A DNA stretch of 64,000 bases from Azolla caroliniana (Eukaryota; Plantae; Polypodiophyta). The translations under genes were made by a program, and so were the position numbers. Shown in pieces: positions 57,247-64,000 of the stretch. Position 1 is the first letter of the stretch. Each line of letters opens with the position of its first letter. A model generated the notes under the pieces. That model was given only the letters and a program-made list of their open reading frames with translations. It was not told where the DNA came from and made no database searches. The DNA is taken from contig JBHGNT010000017.1 in assembly GCA_043228905.1 (NCBI GenBank), positions 16,182,001 through 16,246,000 of the forward strand, written 5' to 3'.

Positions 57247-60004
57247 TGTTGAGAGACAAGCTCAACATCGGCCGGATCAGCTAAGCAAGCTGAGGACCGG
57301 ATCGGTTGGGACTGATCGGTTAGGCCGGATCGGTACCGGTAGGCAGACCGGTGCGTAGGAAGGCCGGATCGGTGCAGAAACCGGGAGGCCATCGGAAAGA
57401 TATTCCGCAAGGAATATATTTGGTAGTTAGTGTAGGGGCTCCGTAATGAGCATTGAAGTACTATTAGTACTTTTGTTAGTCCGAAAAGGACTTGTATAAA
57501 AGTGTTCATTGAACACACATGATGTACAGATCCAATATTATTTTTGAATTAAGTTCTTGTGTTACTCTCTCTCTGTCTCTCCCATGTGTACTATGCTAAC
57601 CTAAGCTTTCCATTAAACCTACGTTTTCTATTGTTCGGTTTCCTATATTGCTTCCGCACGCCGTTCTTTTCATGGTATCAGAGTGCGAGGGTTGAGAACC
57701 TCTGCAATCGACTTTGCTTGAAGGAAAAACCAACGAAGAAGAACAAGAAAACCGATGGATAGAGGAATGGCTAGCTGGCTTTCGACAGAGAAGCTCGACA
57801 GAACCAACTACGCATCTTGGTCCTACAGGATGCACCAGTACCTGCTTGGGCACGGTTACTGGAGCTATGTCGAAGGAGCGAATGACGCGGCGTGGGAACA
57901 ATCGGCGAGCAGAGTGTTGTACTGTTTCGCGTCTTGTGTGGGCGAACAACTATTAAGCTACGTTTGGGATGCAAAAACGCCGAAGGGTGGGTGGGAAAAT
58001 CTGAAGAAGATCTTTGCCGCGAGCACCACAGCCAGGAAGCTTCAGCTCCGACAGGAGTTGAGCAGCCTACCACAACGTGATTTGTTGGTGGCTGACCATA
58101 CCTCGAAGATCAAGGACATATGCGACTCCTTAGCTTCCATCGATGTGAACATCGAGGAGAGCGAGATGGTCCAGGTCTGTCTAGGGGGTTTGGCATCGAA
58201 GTTCCGGGCGTTCCGAATTGCTGTGTGTACCCGGGAGAATACGCCTTCCTTTTTCGACTTATAGTCGATGCTCCTGGTAGAGGAGAACCACGCGGGTGCG
58301 TCAACGAGCACGCACACTAACAATAAGATGTTGTACACGGAGGGAGATAGGCCCCGTGGATGTGGAGGATGAGGCTAGTCGGTGCGCAATGGAGGCGGCC
58401 GACGAGATCAAGGAAGGAGGCACCGAAATGATGCCGACAGCAAATCCGGACCCTCCGGAAACAGGGAGTCGAGGCGATGAGAACTGTCAAGGGAAACCCG
58501 CCACGGAATGCTGGTATTGTGGCAAGAAAGGCCACAGGGAGAGCAAGTGCTTGAAAAAGCGCGCCGAGTCGGAGAGGGCCGGTTCCGGATCTGGTTCCGG
58601 ACGTACCGACAAAGGAAACTGGTAGCTATCGCACTATGCCGAAGGATCCGGAAAAGCCGGAAAAGGGTCTGCCTTCGTGACGAGACACGAAGCAAACTCA
58701 ATGAAGCAGACCGCCCCAAAATTGGACAAGGTGTGGTACGTCGACTCCGGCACGTCAAATCACATGACGAGCCATAAGGAATGGTTCTCGTACCTAGAAA
58801 AACCGATGCAACTGGGAGTAGTCGCAACCGGAGACGACACTCCACATCTGATTGCGAATGTCGGAGAAGTTCCCCTGAGCCATGTCGGGCAGAAAGGGAA
58901 ACTCATGAACGTTCTACATGTTCCGACAATCACGAAGAACTTGGTGTCGGTCGGACAGATCGTCAACGAAGGGATGGAGGTCCGGTTTACACACCTCGGG
59001 TGCTTCATTGAGGAAGAAGGCCGTGTTATTGCACAAGGGCGTAGAGATGGGAGGATGTTTATCCTCGACTCTACTGACGGTGGCACCACAATATTTGCGA
59101 AGGGAAAAAAAGTCGAGTCGGACATTGACTTATGGCACAAGCGGATAGGCCACGTCAACTACCAACGGCTTCAAGACCTGCAATCGAAACAAGTGGTGTT
59201 CGGATTGCCCAAATTTAGTGGCCGGAAGGCACAAATTTGTGAAGCCTGCCAGTTTGGGAAGCAACACCGACTTCCCTTCCCCAACGAGTGTAACCGGAGC
59301 CGGAACAAGCTCGACTTGATACACTCCGATGTGTGGGGGCTAGCACAAAATGTTAGTCTTGGTGGGAGCCGATATTTCGTCTCCTTCATCGATGACTACA
59401 TGCGGCACATGTGGATCTACCTCATTGAGAGGAAGAGCGAAGTCTTCGACTGTTTCCGGGACCTCAAAGGGTTCATGGAAACGGAAATTGGAAGAAAGAT
59501 CAAGTGCATGCGGTCGGATGACGGAAAAGAATACTTTTCCAGTCAATTCAACGGTTATCTACAATAGATGGGAATTCGGCGCGAATTCAGTTGTAGATAC
59601 ACGCCAGAGCAAAACAATGTGGCCGAGAGGAAAAATCGGTCGGTTGTGGAAGCGGCACGGGCAATGCTAGAAGAAAAAGCTTGCCCAAGTTCTACTAGGC
59701 CGAGGCGGTAAGGACCGTGGTATACATCCAGAACCGGATCGGAGACAAAGTGTCGGCGCATGAGCTGTATTTCGGAAGGAAGCTGAATTTGCGACACTTA
59801 CGAGTTTTCGGTAGCATTGCGTATGTGCATGTGCTGAAGGAGAAACGGAGGAACCTCGATGCAAAGGCCGAGAAATGTATCTTGGTCGGCTACTCGGACG
59901 AGTAGAAGGGTTATAAGTGTTATAACCCACGGACCAAAGAAGCGCGCGTGAGCCGCGACGTTGTGTTTGACGAGTCCGCGTCCTGGTACCTGCCCCCGAC
60001 TCCG
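57247..60004 (+). mobile_element. Related copia inserted in the opposite orientation into the 5' LTR of the previous element (5' part only)
   Basis: LTR 57247-57672; PBS TGGTATCAGAGT 57673-57684; degenerate gag-PR-IN 57767-60004. Confidence 0.9.
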
Positions 60005-63000
60005 TGTTGAGAAGCAAGCTCAACATGGTATGTGATGCTTATTGGGAAATAAGCTATAGTACCTATTTAGCTACTTGTGAACATAAAGGAGAAACAACTA
60101 ATTAGCTATTGACAACTAATTTGCTACTGATAGCTATTTAGCTACTGACAGCTAATTAGCTACAAGCAGCTAATTAGCTGCATATGTAAGTAACTTATTA
60201 CTTAGGTAAAAAGTAAGAGAGTAGGTAAGTAAGAAATATATAGGAAGTAGAACTCTGAGAGAGAGAGTGAGGATAGAGAGGAAGAACTCAAAGAGTGAGA
60301 GCAGAAGAGAGAAACAGACGAGAGCAAGTAGAGCTCTACGTGTAATGAAATAGAAGAAGTTTTGGCTGCTACAGAGGTAAGTCTCCTACCCCCTTCGCTT
60401 TTGTGTTTGAGCACCAAACGATCCAGCACACCACGATCCGCCGCGCACATAAGAAGAGCCCAAGTGCCTTCTTCACGTTTTCTTAACATGGTATCAGAGC
60501 GAGTTGCTCATAAAGAAGAGTACAGAAGTGCATAGATCTGAGAAAGGTATTTCTCTGTTTGTTGATCTGAATCAGAAAGTTACTTGTTGAAGTAATCGTA
60601 GTAGAAACCGTAGTTTGGAAGAGGTAATGGCTACAATGAATGCGGGTCAAATAGTTACAGAGAAACTAAATAAAAACAATTTCCCGGCGTGAAAATTTAG
60701 AATGACAAATTTCCTGATGGGGAAAGGATACTGGAATTACATTGAAGGAGACCTAGAAGAGGCTCCGGAGATCCCAGAAGAAAATGCCACAACAACACAT
60801 ATTAAAGCATTCAAAGATTGGAATCAAGGGGCAAGGAAGGTAATGCATTGGATCTCACTTAGCATCTCAGATTCGATGCTTGGGCACATACAGGATGCTA
60901 TGCTCCCAAAAGAAGCTTGGGACAGTTTGGTAAAATTGTTTGCAGTAAACACAAAAGCCAGAAAGCTACAGTTGAAGACTGAGCTAAATACCTTAGAAAA
61001 AGGTAAGATGTCAATAAATGAGTATGCTTTGAAAATAAAGAGCATATGTGAATCACTTGCTTCTATCAATGTAAAGATAGAAGATGATGATAAGGTAGAA
61101 ATATTATGCTTGAGAGGCTTAGGACCTCAATATAAAAGCTTTAAAACCTCTATGCTTACAAGGGATAGTATCCCAAGTTTTCCATATCAGGTTTCAATGC
61201 TTGTAGTAGAAGAAAGGAATCAGATGGATGATGTAAATAAAGGAAATCTTGAGAATGAGGGGCTAGCCCTATATAATAGTGCTGGAAGATGCCAAGGAAG
61301 AGGCCATGAAAGATTTGGCTCAGCAAGAACCAACAATAATGGTTATCAAGGAAGAGGACAACAAACCATTAGAGGAAGAAACAACAACAGAGGCAGGGGG
61401 AGAAACCAAGGTAGGGGTAAACAAACATATGTAAATGATGATGGTTGTTGGTATTGTGGAAAACCAAGCCACACACAGGCTGAATGTTACAAGAAGTAAA
61501 ATGATGAGCAAAGAGGAAAGAGACAGCAGAATAACTATGCCCAAACTAGTGAAGATTGTGAAAAAGATGGTGCATTTGTGGTACAACATGAGATAGCGGC
61601 AGTGGATGAAAGCTCACAGAAATGTAATGAAGAGTTTACATGGTATGTAGACTCGGGGGCATCTAACCATATGACTGGACATGCAAACTGGTTTGAAAGG
61701 TTAAGAGAACCAGAGATTCCTAGCTACGTACAGATGGGTGATAATAGTACTCACCAAATAGAACATGTTGGAGATATCCAATTATGGGAAGAAAAATGAA
61801 AGACTAAGTATATGTTGAATGTAATGCATGTTCCAAATCTTGCTAAGAATCTGATTTCTGTTGGACAGATAGTAGAGCAAGGTATGCAAGTAAAGTTTAA
61901 GCAAAGTGGATGTTATATAGAAAAGAATGGGAAGCTCATTGCAAAAGGAAAACGACAAGGAAGAATGTTTATTTTGGATGTTGACATGCCTAGATAGATT
62001 TCAGCTATGTTTGCAAATGGAATGAGTGTAGTCTCAGATGTGGAAATGTGGCATAAAAGGATTGGCCACATAAGTATGCAAACCCTAAAGAATATGTTGA
62101 GAAAAGATGCAGTAGCTGGACTGCCAAAATTGAAAAATTGTGAAATGGGAAAGATATGTGAAGCATGTCAATATGGAAAGCAAAATAGGTTGCCATTCCC
62201 TCATGAAAGACATGTAAGTAAAAATTTGTTGGATTTGGTACATACGGATGTATGGGGACCAACTAAGAATGCATCTATCGGTGGTTGCAGATTCTATGTA
62301 ACTTTTATTAATGATTGCTCAAGGAAAACATGGGTGTACTTCATGAAAGAGAAAAGTGAAGTGTTTGAATGTTTTCGTAAGTTTAAATGCATGGTAGAAA
62401 AGCAGGCGGGTACAAGAATAAAATGTTTAAGATCTGATGGAGGAGGAGAGTATTTCTCCAATGAATTTTCTGATTTTCTATGCAATCAAACAAAATGGAG
62501 TTGCTCAGAGGAAAAACAGAACATTGGTGAACATTGCAAGGGCTTTGATGACAGAGAAGAATATGCCATTGCACTATTGGGCAGAAGCTATAAATATAGC
62601 AAATTATATTCTAAATAGATGTATAACATCGGGAGTACATGAAGCAACTCCTGAAGAGTGTTTCTATGGAAGGAAACCTAGTTTAGAACACTTAAAAGTG
62701 TTTGGATGCCTTGCATATGTACAAGTGCCTGCAGAAGTAAGAAGTAAGCTGGATCCAGAAGTAGAAAAATGTATTTTTGTTGGCTATTCAGAAGAACAAA
62801 AAGGGTATAGATGCTATAACCCTGTAACAAAGAAGATTGTGACAAGTAGGGATGCAATCTTTGATGAGTTAGCTAGCTGGTACAGTCCAAAACAGAATCC
62901 AGAGACTGATGAAGACAATGAGATTGAAGACAAAGACAAATTTGAAAATGTAGAAGACTGCCATAGAGATGGAAGCAAGGTTTGACAGCAAAGTCCAACA

Positions 63001-64000
63001 TCAATAGGATGTTTTGGACCATCAAAAAGCTCAGATGGTAAATCTGATTCGAATTCTTGGAGTGGAAAAAGTGGAGAACACAAAAAATGTGATGATAAAA
63101 AAGGAAAACAGAAAATGCCAGAGTATGAAATGTTGGATGACTTGTCTAAAAACATGGAAGATGAGGATTCAAATATGTCATTGGATGATCCTCTTGGTAT
63201 AAGAGGATTGAAAATCCCTGGTATGGAAAAAGCATTGAAGGATGCAAATCAGAAATTGAGAAGATCAGATAGAGAGAAAAAAACTGTTGAAAGATTTGGT
63301 TATGATACATATATGGCTATGCATTATGCATATATGTCGAAGGTGGTACAGATCCCTGATCCAAGTAGTTTTGATGAGGCTAAAACTGAGAAGAAATGGG
63401 TGGATGCAATGCAAGAAGAGATTGATGCATTGGTTGAAAACAGAACATGGGATTTGGTGAAGTTACCAAAAGAAAAAAAATGTGGTAGGTTGCAAATGGG
63501 TCTACAAGACAAAGCATGATTCCAGTGGGAATGTAAGTAGACATAAAGCAAGATTGGTTGCAAAGGGATATGCCCAAATGCAAGGAATTGATTATGATGA
63601 GACATTTGCACCGGTTGCAAAGATGGCAACATTGAGGACATTACTGGCTGTAGGTGCAGCTAGAAGATGGTTTCTTCATCATATGGATGTAAAAAATGTC
63701 TTATTACATGGTAACTTGGAAGAAGAAGGGTATATGTGTCAACCACCAGCTTTTGAAGATAGGAAGCATCCAGATTATGTATGTAAGTTGAAAAAGGCTC
63801 TCTATGGACTGAAACAGGCACCAAAAGCATGGCACAAAGAACTTTCAGATTATCTGAAAAAACTTGACTTCAAAATGTCAAAGGCTGATTCATCATTGTA
63901 TGTTAAAAGGAAAGATGATTGTATTATTGTGATTCTGATTTATGTTGATGATCTCATCATTGGAGGTGATTCCATGGATGAAATAAGTAAGCTGAAAAGA
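60005..64000 (+). mobile_element. AT-rich copia of the same lineage nested in the preceding integrase region (runs off the window)
   Basis: LTR 60005-60488; PBS TGGTATCAGAGC 60489-60500; degenerate gag-PR-IN-RT from 60627 (CWYCGKPSH, WYVDSGASNH, RSDGGGEY, YVDD). Confidence 0.92.

Overview
Eukaryotic, plant-type heterochromatin. The retroelement set looks bryophyte/lycophyte-like, but that is an inference. The window is almost entirely nested LTR retrotransposons and I see no host gene. I resolve about 15 insertions using LTR pairs, primer-binding sites (PBS), polypurine tracts (PPT) and target-site duplications (TSD). These are: a Tnt1/Tork-like Ty1/copia family (full copy 2609-8003, solo LTR 16790-17973, truncated copy 20685-23666); three nested copia elements of a second lineage (37917 onward); two non-chromovirus Ty3/gypsy elements (Z from 1210, Y 13034-30596, the latter with an internal ~6 kb inversion); two Tcn1-like chromoviruses with self-priming signatures; and a tRNA-Trp-primed gypsy group with an autonomous-type copy (W, 40356-54444), gag-only derivatives and solo LTRs. 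Most notable: (1) two unrelated gypsy lineages carry an outward-facing tRNA-like Pol III A-box/B-box module in the LTR U3, with boxes and spacing conserved while the interior diverges; (2) a very young pol-less element (30903-34420, LTRs apparently identical) with one intact 674-aa Gag-plus-acidic/basic ORF; (3) all five insertions of the Trp-primed group have 4-bp TSDs centred on CG; (4) a candidate programmed -1 frameshift between protease and RT. All comparisons were made by eye and lineage names are provisional.
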